Shown here piece after piece: positions 52,985 to 62,792 of a stretch of 64,000 nt of DNA (position 1 is the stretch's first letter; each line of letters begins with the position of its first letter). The notes beneath the pieces were generated by a model. That model did not search any database. It was not told the DNA's origin and saw only the letters and a list, made by a program, of their open reading frames with translations. The position numbers and the translations under genes are program-made. The stretch spans positions 19,999 to 83,998 of the forward strand of contig USBY01000006.1 in the NCBI GenBank assembly GCA_900553015.1. The letters run 5' to 3'. The stretch comes from an uncultured Clostridium sp. (GTDB lineage Bacteria > Bacillota > Clostridia > TANB77 > CAG-508).

Positions 52985-53407
52985 TTAAAATGGTAAATCA
53001 TCATTAGAAGTAGTTTCGAAGTCTGAATCTCCACCTGTTGGCATAGCACCAAATGCGTTATCAAAACCTCCTGAAGCTTCTGCATCTCTTCTTCCTTCTG
53101 CAAAATAAGCTTCTTCTGCAACAACTTCTGTTACATAATGTTTTTGACCTTGGTCATCATCCCAAGTTCTTGTTTGAATTCTTCCTATGATAGCAACTTG
53201 TTGACCTTTTTTAAAATATTTACTACAAAATTCTCCTAATTTGCTCCATGCTACTATATTAATAAAGTCGGCTTGTCTTTCTTCTCCTTGACGAGCAAAT
53301 CTTCTATTAACAGCTAATGAGAAAGAAGCAACTAGTGTATTATTTGTTTGTGTATATCTTACTTCTGGGTCTCTTGTTAATCTACCTAATAATTCTACTT
53401 TATTCAT
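52985..53407 (-). CDS. ssb: Single-stranded DNA-binding protein
   Basis: OB-fold N-terminus MNKVELLGRLTRDPEVRYTQ... and acidic C-terminal tail ...DDLPF. Confidence 0.95.
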   Translation of the reverse strand: MNKVELLGRLTRDPEVRYTQTNNTLVASFSLAVNRRFARQGEERQADFINIVAWSKLGEFCSKYFKKGQQVAIIGRIQTRTWDDDQGQKHYVTEVVAEEAYFAEGRRDAEASGGFDNAFGAMPTGGDSDFETTSNDDLPF

Positions 53408-53446
53408 ATTTTATCCCTTACCTTTCTTTTAAAGGCCCCCGTATTA

Positions 53447-53740
53447 TTATTTTTCTTTTCTTACTACGATAAATTTCATGATGTTGTCTTCTATTCTGTA
53501 ATTTCTTTCTAATTCATCTATTGAATCTGGTTTAGCTTCGAAGTTAATTACTACGTAATATCCTTCTTCTTTCTTTTTGATAGGATAAGCTAATTTTTGT
53601 GTACCACGTTCATCAACAGATTCTACTTTACCATTATTATTAATCAAATCTGTGAACTTTGTTACTAAATCTTTTATAGCTTGTTCTTCAATAGATGGAT
53701 TAATAATGATAACACTCTCGTATTTATTCATTATATTCAC
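53447..53740 (-). CDS. rpsF: 30S ribosomal protein S6
   Basis: MNKYESVIIINPSIEEQAIKDLVTKF..., canonical S6. RBS GAGGAGGTG. Confidence 0.95.
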   Translation of the reverse strand: MNIMNKYESVIIINPSIEEQAIKDLVTKFTDLINNNGKVESVDERGTQKLAYPIKKKEEGYYVVINFEAKPDSIDELERNYRIEDNIMKFIVVRKEK

Positions 53741-53808
53741 CTCCTCATGGTTTAATAACCCATCAACTAAATGGGTAAGGAGAAAAGATCTCTCTTTTCA
53801 GCACAGGT

Positions 53809-53837
53809 ATTTTATCATATTTTTTCCTGTTTTGCAA
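53809..53837 (-). promoter_or_regulatory. Sigma-A promoter of the rpsF-ssb-rpsR operon: minus-strand -35 TTGCAA at 53832-53837, 17-nt spacer, -10 TAAAAT at 53809-53814
   Basis: Consensus hexamers and spacing, read from the sequence. Confidence 0.45.
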
Positions 53838-53879
53838 CTGATTACTTGAAAAAATTGACATTTTATAGTAAAATGAATA

Positions 53880-53906
53880 GGGATTTGGGGACGTTCCTAA
53901 AATCCC
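53880..53906 (+). repeat. Copy g of the repeat family: GGGATTTGGGGACGTTCCTAAAATCCC followed by TATTTTT. Lies in the 5' leader of the permease gene, just downstream of a TTGAAA-17-TAAAAT promoter (53845-53873).
   Basis: Perfect consensus copy. Positioned where it would act as a 5'-UTR attenuator hairpin. Confidence 0.7.
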
Positions 53907-53956
53907 TATTTTTATATATACGTATTTTATATTATTTTATAGATAGGAGTATTATT

Positions 53957-54811
53957 ATGTGGGATGCAATTTTAGATAGTTTAATAGATACCGTAAAGTT
54001 AATTCCATTTTTACTAATAACATATATAATAATGGAATTTATAGAACATAAAACTAGTCATAAAACTAAAGATGCTATTAAAAAATCCGGACATTTTGGT
54101 CCATTAATTGGTGGTATCTTAGGTGTTGTACCACAATGTGGTTTCTCTGCAGCAGCTTCTAGCTTATATTCAGCTAGAATTATTACTTTAGGTACATTGA
54201 TTGCAGTATTTTTATCTACTTCTGATGAAATGTTGCCAATATTAATTTCTGAAGCAGTAGATGTAAGGATTATTCTTTCAATACTGGGAATTAAACTTGT
54301 TATAGCTGTTGTTGTTGGTTTTATCATTGACCTATTTTTTAGAAAGAAATTTGAAACTTCAGAAGATGAACCAGAAATTAAGGATTTATGCGAGCATGAA
54401 CATTGCCACTGTGAACATGGAATATTTAAGTCTGCTTTAAAACATACTATAAATATTACTTTATATATTTTTATAATATCTTTAGTTTTAAATATAATTA
54501 TATATTTTATTGGAGAAGATAATTTAGCACATATTTTAAATTCTACACCAGTAATTGGACCTATTATCGCTTCATTAGTTGGATTAATTCCTAATTGTGC
54601 ATCATCTGTAATTATTACACAACTATATCTTTCTAACGTACTTAATTTTGCTACAATGATTGCAGGACTTCTTGTTAATACAGGTGTTGGATTATTAATT
54701 TTATTTAGAACTAATAAAGATTTAAAAGAAAATATTAAAATAACAGTATTGTTATTCGCAATTGGTGTTATTTTCGGAATTATATTTGATCTAATCGGAT
54801 TTAACATATAA
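53957..54811 (+). CDS. Polytopic membrane permease (about 10 TM helices) with a His/Cys-rich cytoplasmic loop (CEHEHCHCEHG). Putative metal-ion exporter/permease. Start reassigned from the ORF-track ATG to 53957 (RBS AGGAG).
   Basis: MWDAILDSLIDTVKLIPFLL... hydrophobic throughout. The metal-binding-like loop DLCEHEHCHCEHG lies between TM bundles. The upstream in-frame extension runs through the repeat and promoter, so it is not coding. Confidence 0.6.
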   Translation: MWDAILDSLIDTVKLIPFLLITYIIMEFIEHKTSHKTKDAIKKSGHFGPLIGGILGVVPQCGFSAAASSLYSARIITLGTLIAVFLSTSDEMLPILISEAVDVRIILSILGIKLVIAVVVGFIIDLFFRKKFETSEDEPEIKDLCEHEHCHCEHGIFKSALKHTINITLYIFIISLVLNIIIYFIGEDNLAHILNSTPVIGPIIASLVGLIPNCASSVIITQLYLSNVLNFATMIAGLLVNTGVGLLILFRTNKDLKENIKITVLLFAIGVIFGIIFDLIGFNI

Positions 54812-54869
54812 TTAAATCAAAAAGAGATTACTACATATAAACATAGTAATCTCTTTTTTGTTTATAATT

Positions 54870-55589
54870 TTATATTCCTAATATCTCTTTTGCTCTTTTT
54901 ACATCATCATTTGTTGGCACTTTTACATTTTCAAATTCATATGGAACATTTAATTCTTCCCATTTAAATTTTCCTAAATTATGATATGGTAAAATTTCTA
55001 CTTTAGTAACAGTTTTTAATGATTCTATAAATTCTTTTAATTTTATTAAATCTTCTTCTTTATCTGTATAACCAGGAATTAAAACTTGTCTTATCCACAT
55101 TTCTTTCCCATGTTCACTTAAGTACTTTGCAAATTCTAATTCATATTTATTAGAAACTCCCACTAAATCTTTACAGATATCATCATTTATACATTTAATA
55201 TCTAATAAGAATAAATCAGTAAGCTCAATTACTTCTTTAATTTTATCTGTAATAGGTAGATTTCCAGAAGTATCAACTGCTACTTTTATGTTTCTTTTCT
55301 TCATTTCTTTAAATAATGTAATTAACGCATCTGGTTGAAGAAGTGGCTCCCCACCACTTACTGTTATTCCTCCATCTGCTTGCATATATGCTGTATATCT
55401 TTCAATTTTTTTAACCACGTCATCTATGTCATAGATAGTACCAGAATTTACATCCCAAGTATCACGATTTTGGCAATATTTACATCTCAAATTACATCCT
55501 TGTGTAAATATTACAAATCTTATTCCTGGTCCATCAACTGCTCCTAATGTCTCAAAAGAATGTATTCTCATTTGACTTTTTACGTCCAT
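54870..55589 (-). CDS. pflA: Pyruvate formate-lyase activating enzyme (glycyl-radical-activating radical SAM enzyme). Start reassigned to ATG 55589 (RBS GGAGG).
   Basis: MRIHSFETLGAVDGPGIRFVIFTQGCNLRCKYCQNRDTW with the CxxxCxxC radical-SAM motif. Confidence 0.92.
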   Translation of the reverse strand: MDVKSQMRIHSFETLGAVDGPGIRFVIFTQGCNLRCKYCQNRDTWDVNSGTIYDIDDVVKKIERYTAYMQADGGITVSGGEPLLQPDALITLFKEMKKRNIKVAVDTSGNLPITDKIKEVIELTDLFLLDIKCINDDICKDLVGVSNKYELEFAKYLSEHGKEMWIRQVLIPGYTDKEEDLIKLKEFIESLKTVTKVEILPYHNLGKFKWEELNVPYEFENVKVPTNDDVKRAKEILGI

Positions 55590-55623
55590 AATAATCCTCC
55601 AAATTATTTTTTGCATAAATATA

Positions 55624-55677
55624 GGGATTTTAGGAACGTCCCCAAATCCCTAAAAGGACTGCCCCGAATCCCTATCC
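55624..55677 (-). repeat. Copy h of the repeat family (minus strand reads GGGATTTGGGGACGTTCCTAAAATCCC) in the 92-nt pflB-pflA intergenic spacer, with an extra GAATCCC arm
   Basis: Exact reverse complement of copy g. Confidence 0.7.
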
Positions 55678-55681
55678 TTAA

Positions 55682-57925
55682 CTATATTCTTTCATGAATA
55701 GTTCTGTTTATAACATCTAATTGTTGTTCTCTTGTAAGTTTTATAAAGTTAACTGCATATCCAGAAACACGAACTGTTAATTGTGGGTATTTTTCTGGAT
55801 GTTCCATTGCATCTTCTAATAAAGCTCTATCAAAAACATTTACATTTATATGATGTCCTGTTTTTATAAAATATCCTTGTAACATACTTACCATATTTGT
55901 AATTTGTGTTTCTCTGTCTTTTCCTAATGTTCCTGGTGTAATTGCAAATGTATATGAAATACCATCTTCTGAATATTCATATGGTAATTTTGCAATAGTG
56001 TTCATAGAAGCTAATGCTCCATTTGTATCTCTTCCATGTAATGGGTTTGCTCCTGGTCCAAATGGCTCTCCAGCTCTTCTTCCATCCGGTGTATTTCCTG
56101 TTGCTTTACCATAAACAACATTTGATGTAATTGTTAATATAGATAATGTATGTTTAGAATGTCTATATGTTATATGTTTTTGTAATTTTCTTTCAAATGT
56201 TTTTACTAATTCTACTGCTATATTATCTACTCTGTCATCATCATTTCCGTATTTTGGGAAATCTCCTTCAACTTCATAGTTTACTGCTAAGCCTGTTTCA
56301 TCTCTTATTACTTTTACTTTAGCATATTTTATAGCAGAAAGAGAATCTGCAACAACTGATAATCCAGCGATTCCACATGCCATTGTTCTTAAGATATCTT
56401 CTTCTCTATCATGTAATGCCATTTCTAAAGCTTCATAAGAATATTTATCATGCATATAGTGAATAGCATTTAATGCTTTAATATATATTTTTGCAACATA
56501 ATCCATCATTTGGTCAAATTTTTCCATAACTTCATCATAATCTAAATATTCTGATGTTATTGGTGCAAATTTAGGTGTTACTTGTTTTCCAGATTTTTCA
56601 TCTCTTCCACCATTTATTGCATATAATAAAGTTTTTGCTAAGTTTGCTCTTGCTCCGAAGAATTGCATTTGTTTTCCTATCTTCATTGCAGAAACACAAC
56701 AAGCTATACCATAATCATCTCCAAGTGTAATTCTCATTAAGTCATCATTTTCATATTGAATAGAAGATGTATCAATTGATATTTTTGCACAATATCTTTT
56801 AAATGGTTCTGGTAAATTCTTTGACCATAATACTGTTAAGTTTGGTTCTGGTGCTGCTCCTAAGTTTTCTAATGTGTGTAATACTCTATAAGAATTCTTT
56901 GTAACTAATGTTCTACCATCAATTCCCATTCCTCCGATGCTTTCTGTTACCCAAACTGGGTCTCCACTGAATAATTCGTTGTATTCAGGTGCTCTTAAGA
57001 ATCTAACTAATCTTAATTTTATTATAAACTGATCCATTAAAGATTGTGCTTCTTCTTCTGTTATAACTCCATTATCTAAATCTCTTTGGATATATATGTC
57101 TAAGAATGTTGATGTTCTTCCTAAACTCATTGCTGCACCGTTTTGATCTTTGATTGCAGCTAAATATGCAAAATATAACCATTGAATTGCTTCTTTAGCA
57201 TTAGAAGCTGGTTCAGATATATCGAATCCATAAGAATTTGCCATTTCTTTTAATTGTTTTAATGCAACAATTTGATCAGCAACTTCTTCTCTTTGTCTTA
57301 TAATTTCTTCTGTAAATTCATCTGTATTTAAAGATGTATCCATTAATAATTGCTTATCTGCTATTAATGCATCTACACCATATAAAGCAACTCTTCTATA
57401 ATCTCCTATAATTCTTCCTCTTCCGTAACCATCAGGAAGTCCTGTTAATAAGTGTGAACTTCTTGCTGCTCTGATATCTTTTGTATATACTTGGAATACT
57501 CCATCATTGTGTGTTTTTCTTAAGTTGTGATAAATATATTCAACCTCATCATCAACTTTATATCCATAACTTTCTGCTGATTTTTCTACAATTCTAATAC
57601 CACCATTTGGCATTATAGCTCTTTTTAATGGTGCATCTGTTTGAAGTCCTACGATTTCTTCTAAGTCTTTATCTATATAACCTGGTGCATATGCATTTAT
57701 TCTAGAAGGTGTTTTACAATCTGCATCTAAAACTCCTTTTTCTCTTTCTTCTTTATATAAATCTAATACCTTGTCCCATAATTTTTTTGACTTGTCTGAA
57801 ACTCCTTTTAAAAAGTTTTCATCTCCTTCATATGGAGTATAGTTAGCTTGAATAAAGCCTCTTACGTCTATTTCTTTAGTCCATTCTCCATCTTCTTTAA
57901 AACCTTCCCATTGTTTGAATTTCAT
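55682..57925 (-). CDS. pflB: Formate C-acetyltransferase (pyruvate formate-lyase), glycyl radical enzyme
   Basis: 747 aa. C-terminal glycyl-radical motif RVSGYAVNF. Active-site Cys pair CC ([11 protein letters not shown]). Confidence 0.97.
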   Translation of the reverse strand: MKFKQWEGFKEDGEWTKEIDVRGFIQANYTPYEGDENFLKGVSDKSKKLWDKVLDLYKEEREKGVLDADCKTPSRINAYAPGYIDKDLEEIVGLQTDAPLKRAIMPNGGIRIVEKSAESYGYKVDDEVEYIYHNLRKTHNDGVFQVYTKDIRAARSSHLLTGLPDGYGRGRIIGDYRRVALYGVDALIADKQLLMDTSLNTDEFTEEIIRQREEVADQIVALKQLKEMANSYGFDISEPASNAKEAIQWLYFAYLAAIKDQNGAAMSLGRTSTFLDIYIQRDLDNGVITEEEAQSLMDQFIIKLRLVRFLRAPEYNELFSGDPVWVTESIGGMGIDGRTLVTKNSYRVLHTLENLGAAPEPNLTVLWSKNLPEPFKRYCAKISIDTSSIQYENDDLMRITLGDDYGIACCVSAMKIGKQMQFFGARANLAKTLLYAINGGRDEKSGKQVTPKFAPITSEYLDYDEVMEKFDQMMDYVAKIYIKALNAIHYMHDKYSYEALEMALHDREEDILRTMACGIAGLSVVADSLSAIKYAKVKVIRDETGLAVNYEVEGDFPKYGNDDDRVDNIAVELVKTFERKLQKHITYRHSKHTLSILTITSNVVYGKATGNTPDGRRAGEPFGPGANPLHGRDTNGALASMNTIAKLPYEYSEDGISYTFAITPGTLGKDRETQITNMVSMLQGYFIKTGHHINVNVFDRALLEDAMEHPEKYPQLTVRVSGYAVNFIKLTREQQLDVINRTIHERI

Positions 57926-58145
57926 AACATACCTCCTGATATATTTTTGCCTATTTTTAGGCTCCTATATCATCATAACATAAGTGATAATAGTTATCAA
58001 TAAATTTCATTAAAATTTCAGAATAATTTATCGTAATTTTGTAAAAAATATTATCAATTTATTAGTTAATATTTACTTTATAGTTTCTTCTAGCGAATTT
58101 ATTTAAATGCTATATTGAGTTTACAAAATGATTAGGAGGAGCACT

Positions 58146-58475
58146 ATGGCTTTAGATTATTCTATAATTGGTGAAAGATTAAAAAGAGCAAGACTTGCCA
58201 AAAATATGACTCAAGAAAATTTAGCAGAACAACTAGATGTTTCTGTTGCTTTCTTAAGTAGAGTTGAACGTGGTCATTCTCACTTAAATTTAAATAGATT
58301 AACTCAAGTTTGTGAATTATTAGACGTTTCAGAAGGTTATATTTTGTCTGGAAGCTCAGAAAATTCAGAATCATACTTAGAAGAAGATTTCAAAAAACTT
58401 TTAGCAAAATGTTCTCCTGAAAAACAAAGACTTATTTATAATATTGCCAAAACAATAGCCGAAGATGAGAATTAA
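58146..58475 (+). CDS. XRE-family HTH transcriptional regulator (109 aa; start at ATG 58146 with RBS GGAGGAG)
   Basis: LKRARLAKNMTQENLAEQLDVSVAFLSRVERG HTH_3 signature. Confidence 0.8.
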   Translation: MALDYSIIGERLKRARLAKNMTQENLAEQLDVSVAFLSRVERGHSHLNLNRLTQVCELLDVSEGYILSGSSENSESYLEEDFKKLLAKCSPEKQRLIYNIAKTIAEDEN

Positions 58476-58712
58476 TTATAATAATTCTATCATCTCCGGC
58501 ATATTTTTTCCTTGTGTTTTTGGAATTTCTATAATCCTAAATTTAGATATCTTCTCTCCAAATTTTATTTCGACTATATCCCCTATTTTTACTTCATAAC
58601 TTGGCTTTACTTGTTTTTCATTTACAAATATTCTTCCTTTATCAGCCATTTCATTTGCTATTGTTCTTCTTTTTATAACTCTTGCTACTTTTAAAAATTT
58701 ATCTATTCTCAT
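58476..58712 (-). CDS. S4-domain RNA-binding protein (YaaA/Hsp15-like)
   Basis: MRIDKFLKVARVIKRRTIANEMADKGRIFVNEKQVKPSYEVKIGDIVEI, S4 fold signature. Confidence 0.85.
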   Translation of the reverse strand: MRIDKFLKVARVIKRRTIANEMADKGRIFVNEKQVKPSYEVKIGDIVEIKFGEKISKFRIIEIPKTQGKNMPEMIELL

Positions 58713-58726
58713 AAAAAACTCCTCAT

Positions 58727-59197
58727 CTATCTCCTTCTATAACATCCACAGAATGTTCCAGAATTATTTTGATTATTATTGTTATTATTATTTGAATCTA
58801 GTACTCTTACTCTTCCATTTACAGTTAATACTTGATTATTATCTTCATTATTGTTTCCATTATTGCAATTATTATCACAATTATCATCACAATTATTATT
58901 GCAAACATTACTACAATTTCTTATATTGCGAATAAACCTACAAATAAATTTACTAATCCATGCGGCTAAGAAAGATAATATTGTATATATTACCGTTAAA
59001 ATAAAAAATATTGTACTAGAAAATATAACCGCAATTAATAATAATATGGAAAATATTATTGCTGCAACAAGTATTGGACAATCTAAAAGTTTTTCCAATG
59101 CTATTGATATTACTATTACAGCAAGTGGTATTGCAAAAAATATTAATAAAACATTCATAATATATTTCAATCCTTTCATACTTCCTCTAGAAGCCAT
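58727..59197 (-). CDS. Hypothetical small membrane protein with Cys/Asn-rich low-complexity C-terminal tail
   Basis: 3 TM helices, then CSNVCNNNCDDNCDNNCNNGNNN...NNNNNNNQNNSGTFCGCYRRR. Confidence 0.45.
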   Translation of the reverse strand: MASRGSMKGLKYIMNVLLIFFAIPLAVIVISIALEKLLDCPILVAAIIFSILLLIAVIFSSTIFFILTVIYTILSFLAAWISKFICRFIRNIRNCSNVCNNNCDDNCDNNCNNGNNNEDNNQVLTVNGRVRVLDSNNNNNNNQNNSGTFCGCYRRR

Positions 59198-59261
59198 GTA
59201 TAGAGAATTTTTCTTTTCCCTTTTTCTTTATATATATTATGAATGTTTATTTATTTTGTTA

Positions 59262-59999
59262 CTAATTATAGTTAACTTCTACTAAATATAATCCATAAGG
59301 TGGTAACGTTTTACCCGCTTTTTGTCTATCTTTTGATTCAATTATTTCCGTTATTTCTTCAGGTTTTATTTTTCCCAAACCAACCTCTACTAATGTTCCA
59401 GCTATTATTCTTACCATATTGTATAAAAATCCATTACCAGTTAATTCTATAGCGATTCGCTCATTATCTTTAATAACCTTAGCTGAATATATTGTTCTTA
59501 CACTACTTTTGCTACTTGTACCACTTGCTTTAAAACCTGCAAAATCATGCTCTCCAACAAAGTAATTTGCTGCTTCTTGCATCTTATTTACATCTAATGG
59601 CATTTTTATATTATATTCTAAATTTCTATAAATTGCACTTCCTGTTTCAGAATTATTAATTACATATCTATATGTCTTTTGTTTGCAATTATATCTACTA
59701 TGAAATCTATCTGGAACTTCTTCCGCTTTTTTTATAACAATAGATTTTTTCAATCTAGAGTTTATAGCTATTGCAAATTTTTCTATCGGAATAGTAGAAT
59801 TAGTTCTAAAATTTGCAACTTGTCCTAGCGCATGTACTCCTGCATCTGTTCTTCCAGAACCTATAAGTTCTATCTCTTCTTTTGTTATATCGGAAATAAC
59901 CTTTTCTATAGTACCTTGTATATTTAATTTATTTGGTTGCTTTTGCCAACCATTAAATTCTTTTCCATCATATTCTATAGTTAATTTGATATTTCTCAT
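59262..59999 (-). CDS. truA: tRNA pseudouridine(38-40) synthase
   Basis: [23 protein letters not shown]...[16 protein letters not shown] catalytic Asp motif. Overlaps the recR stop by 4 nt. Confidence 0.93.
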   Translation of the reverse strand: MRNIKLTIEYDGKEFNGWQKQPNKLNIQGTIEKVISDITKEEIELIGSGRTDAGVHALGQVANFRTNSTIPIEKFAIAINSRLKKSIVIKKAEEVPDRFHSRYNCKQKTYRYVINNSETGSAIYRNLEYNIKMPLDVNKMQEAANYFVGEHDFAGFKASGTSSKSSVRTIYSAKVIKDNERIAIELTGNGFLYNMVRIIAGTLVEVGLGKIKPEEITEIIESKDRQKAGKTLPPYGLYLVEVNYN

Positions 60000-60595
60000 A
60001 TTTCCATACGTCCTTCTAAAGCTTGTAACAAAGTAATTTCATCTGTATATTCTAGGTCTCCACCTATTGGAATTCCTCTTGCAATTCTTGTAACTTTAAT
60101 TCCTAATGGTTTTATTAACTTAGACAAATACATAGCTGTTGCTTCCCCTTCTACTCTTGGATTTGTTGCTAAAATTACTTCTTTTACTTCTCCAGTTTGT
60201 AATCTTGTTAAAAGCTCTTTTATTTTTATATCATCAGGTCCTACACCATTCATTGGTGAAATCGAACCATGTAAAACATGGTAAACTCCTTTGTACTCAT
60301 GTGTTTTTTCCATAGCAATAATGTCTTTAACATCTTCTACAACACAAATAGTTGATTTATCTCTTTTTGGATTTGCACAAATAAAACATGGGTCAGTATC
60401 AGAAATATTAAAACATACAGAGCAATACTTTAAATTTTTTCTTGCTTCTTGTATAGATTTTACAAATTCCTCTGCGACTTCATCACTGCAATTTAGCATA
60501 TAAAAAGCAAGTCTTGTCGCTGTTTTATTTCCAATACTAGGTAATCTTTCAAAATTTTCTATTAATTTTTCTATTGATGGTGAATATATAGACAT
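59996..60595 (-). CDS. recR: Recombination protein RecR
   Basis: N-terminal HhH ([17 protein letters not shown]), C4 zinc finger ([16 protein letters not shown]), Toprim domain. Confidence 0.95.
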   Translation of the reverse strand: MSIYSPSIEKLIENFERLPSIGNKTATRLAFYMLNCSDEVAEEFVKSIQEARKNLKYCSVCFNISDTDPCFICANPKRDKSTICVVEDVKDIIAMEKTHEYKGVYHVLHGSISPMNGVGPDDIKIKELLTRLQTGEVKEVILATNPRVEGEATAMYLSKLIKPLGIKVTRIARGIPIGGDLEYTDEITLLQALEGRMEI

Positions 60596-60604
60596 TTTTA
60601 CTCC

Positions 60605-60949
60605 TTACATTATTCCTGGTATATTAAATTTTCCCATTTGTTGTTCTGTTGCACTATCCACTTTACTTAACGCATCATTTACACATGTTATAATTAAATC
60701 TTGTAACATTTCTACATCATCTGGATCTACTATATCTTTATTTAATTTTATTTCTTTAATAACTTTCTTTCCGCTTACTTTTACAGTTATGGCTCCTCCA
60801 CCAGCTGTACTTTCAAATTCTTTGGCAGCTATTTCTGTTTGTGTCTTCTCCAAATCTGCTTGCATTTTTTTTGCTTCTTTCATTAAATTATTTAGGTTCA
60901 TTCCTCCGAATCCACCCATTCCTCCTGGAAATCCTCCACGTCTTCCCAT
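60605..60949 (-). CDS. ybaB: Nucleoid-associated protein YbaB/EbfC
   Basis: GGFPGGMGGFGGMNLNNLMKEAKKMQADLEKTQ... canonical YbaB. RBS AGGAGG. Confidence 0.9.
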   Translation of the reverse strand: MGRRGGFPGGMGGFGGMNLNNLMKEAKKMQADLEKTQTEIAAKEFESTAGGGAITVKVSGKKVIKEIKLNKDIVDPDDVEMLQDLIITCVNDALSKVDSATEQQMGKFNIPGIM

Positions 60950-60966
60950 AATTATACCTCCTAATT

Positions 60967-62586
60967 TTATTCTATTATATCTATTGGAATATCTAAACCT
61001 TCTACTAAATTCTCGAATTCTGATTTTGTTGGTTTAGCTTCCACATGATTATCTATTAATTTTACTTTCATTTCTTTTCCAAAAGCCATTGATACTTCTT
61101 TAGTTATGGCTTGCATATTTTCTGGTTTTTCTAAAATTCCTTTTGCTAGTGGCTTTAGTCCATTATTAAAATTAATTCCTACTGTCATATCATTTATTTC
61201 GGAAATATTTGTATTTAATAAATTCGTATATAGCCCCATTTTTCCTTCGGTTTTAAATTTTCCAACAATGTCTTTCCAAAATGCATTATTTTTTAATTCT
61301 TCGGGAGTTAATGATTTTCTTTCTACTTTCTTAACTGCTGTAGATTCTTTTCTTACTTCTGTATTGCTTCCATTAACAATTCTATTCTTTCCAACTTGGC
61401 TTAAAAAACTTTCTATTTTAAATAATCTTCTTTGTAATTCTTGTAAATCATTATTATTTATATTTTGACTATTTGGAATATCTGCAGGAATTTGCATTAC
61501 ATTTCCTTTATTTGAATCACATAGTTTTATAAATCCTGCTTCTAACATTATTGTCTTTTGAGAAGACCATTTCATATCATTTTCTAAATCTGATAATTGA
61601 TAAATCAAATGAACTAATTCTTCTTTGTTAGATTTATCTGCAAGTTCTTTCAACTTTTGTTTTTCTTCTTCACTATATATACCTGTTTCGCCTGTTACTT
61701 TATATAATAAAACATCTTTTACATATTTTATTACTTCCCATAAAAAGTTATTTTGATCTTTTCCTTCATTAATTACGGTTTTTAGTGTTTTTAGGCAATC
61801 ATCAATATTTTTTTCTAAAACACTGGTTACAATTTCTTCTATATAGCTTAACTTAGGTATTCCTACTAATTCTTTTACTTTATCTTCGCTTATCTCATTA
61901 TCTCCATCTTGCAGACATCTTTCCAAAATACTTAATGCATCTCTCATTGCTCCTTCTGACAAAGAAGCTACAATTTTTAATGCATTTTCATCTGCATCTA
62001 TTTTGCTAGATTCACATACAACTTTCAATCTTTTTACAATGTTTTCTAATGAGATTTTTTTAAAATCAAATCTTTGACATCTTGATAAAATAGTTGCTGG
62101 TAGTTTTTGAGGTTCTGTTGTTGCCAATATAAATTTAACATGTGCTGGTGGTTCTTCTAGTGTTTTTAGTAAAGCATTGAACGCACCCGTAGATAACATG
62201 TGAACCTCATCTATTATATATACTCTATATTTTGCAAGAGTTGGTAAGAAATTAACCTCGTCTCTTATAAGTCTTATATCCTCTACACTATTATTTGATG
62301 CTGCATCCATTTCCACAATATCTGTTAAAGATCCTGAAAGTGCAGCTTTACATATTTCACATTCATTACATGGTTCTCCATTTTTTGGATTTAAACAATT
62401 TACTGCCCTTGCTAATATTTTAGCAGCTGAAGTTTTTCCTGTTCCTCTACATCCATTAAATAAATACGCATGCCCAACTCGTCCAGCTATTAATTGATTT
62501 TTTAATGTTTTAGTAATATGTTCTTGCCCCACAATTTCGTCAAAAGTTAAAGGTCTAAATTTTCTGTATAATGCTGTATATGCCAT
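60967..62586 (-). CDS. dnaX: DNA polymerase III subunits gamma/tau. Start reassigned to ATG 62586 (MAYTALYRKFRP).
   Basis: AAA+ clamp-loader motifs (GCRGTGKTSAAKILA, zinc module CxxC...C, YIIDEVHMLS). Confidence 0.93.
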   Translation of the reverse strand: MAYTALYRKFRPLTFDEIVGQEHITKTLKNQLIAGRVGHAYLFNGCRGTGKTSAAKILARAVNCLNPKNGEPCNECEICKAALSGSLTDIVEMDAASNNSVEDIRLIRDEVNFLPTLAKYRVYIIDEVHMLSTGAFNALLKTLEEPPAHVKFILATTEPQKLPATILSRCQRFDFKKISLENIVKRLKVVCESSKIDADENALKIVASLSEGAMRDALSILERCLQDGDNEISEDKVKELVGIPKLSYIEEIVTSVLEKNIDDCLKTLKTVINEGKDQNNFLWEVIKYVKDVLLYKVTGETGIYSEEEKQKLKELADKSNKEELVHLIYQLSDLENDMKWSSQKTIMLEAGFIKLCDSNKGNVMQIPADIPNSQNINNNDLQELQRRLFKIESFLSQVGKNRIVNGSNTEVRKESTAVKKVERKSLTPEELKNNAFWKDIVGKFKTEGKMGLYTNLLNTNISEINDMTVGINFNNGLKPLAKGILEKPENMQAITKEVSMAFGKEMKVKLIDNHVEAKPTKSEFENLVEGLDIPIDIIE

Positions 62587-62611
62587 TTTACCACTTCCCT
62601 TTAATTTAAGT

Positions 62612-62727
62612 TTAGCCTCTCTATGGAAAGCAATTACCCACATAAATACACTACTTATTGCTGCTTCCTTCCGGACCTGACAAGGTTCATAGCTTTTTAT
62701 TGGGATTGCCCTCCATACAAAGGCTAA
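62612..62727 (-). ncRNA. ffs: Signal recognition particle RNA (4.5S / small-type SRP RNA; gene ffs)
   Basis: Minus strand contains the universal domain IV sequence GTCAGGTCCGGAAGGAAGCAGC, flanked by complementary arms TTAGCCTTTGTATGGAGGGCAAT / ATTGCTTTCCATAGAGAGGCTAA forming helix 5. Lies directly upstream of dnaX, as in other Firmicutes. TTGCTA-17-TATAAT promoter lies just upstream. Confidence 0.8.
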
Positions 62728-62792
62728 ACATTGTAACTTTATTTTATATCCGTTGTTATTATATATGCTTTCTGTTATTTTAGCAAGACATT

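Noticed and set aside
52942-53124. 60-aa ORF overlapping the ssb 3' region
   Set aside because: Out-of-frame overlap with the well-supported ssb gene. No independent support.
53771-53956. N-terminal 62-codon extension of the ORF-track gene 53771..54811
   Set aside because: The extension runs through the rpsF-divergent promoter region and the hairpin repeat and has no RBS. A good RBS plus ATG at 53957 begins the hydrophobic protein, so the start was moved.
54058-54807. 249-aa minus-strand ORF
   Set aside because: Lies entirely antisense within the membrane permease gene, has an atypical low-complexity composition and no RBS. It is a shadow ORF of the AT-rich coding strand.
57926-58127. Possible Rex/FNR-type operator (TTGTAAAAAATATTATCAA) upstream of pflB
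   Set aside because: Half-site symmetry is poor and the spacing is off by one relative to the Rex consensus. Could not be supported without genome-wide motif evidence.
60605-60949. Internal methionines as alternative ybaB starts
   Set aside because: A strong RBS (AGGAGG) precedes the first ATG at 60949, and Gly-rich N-termini (GGFPGGMGG) are normal for YbaB. The full ORF was kept.
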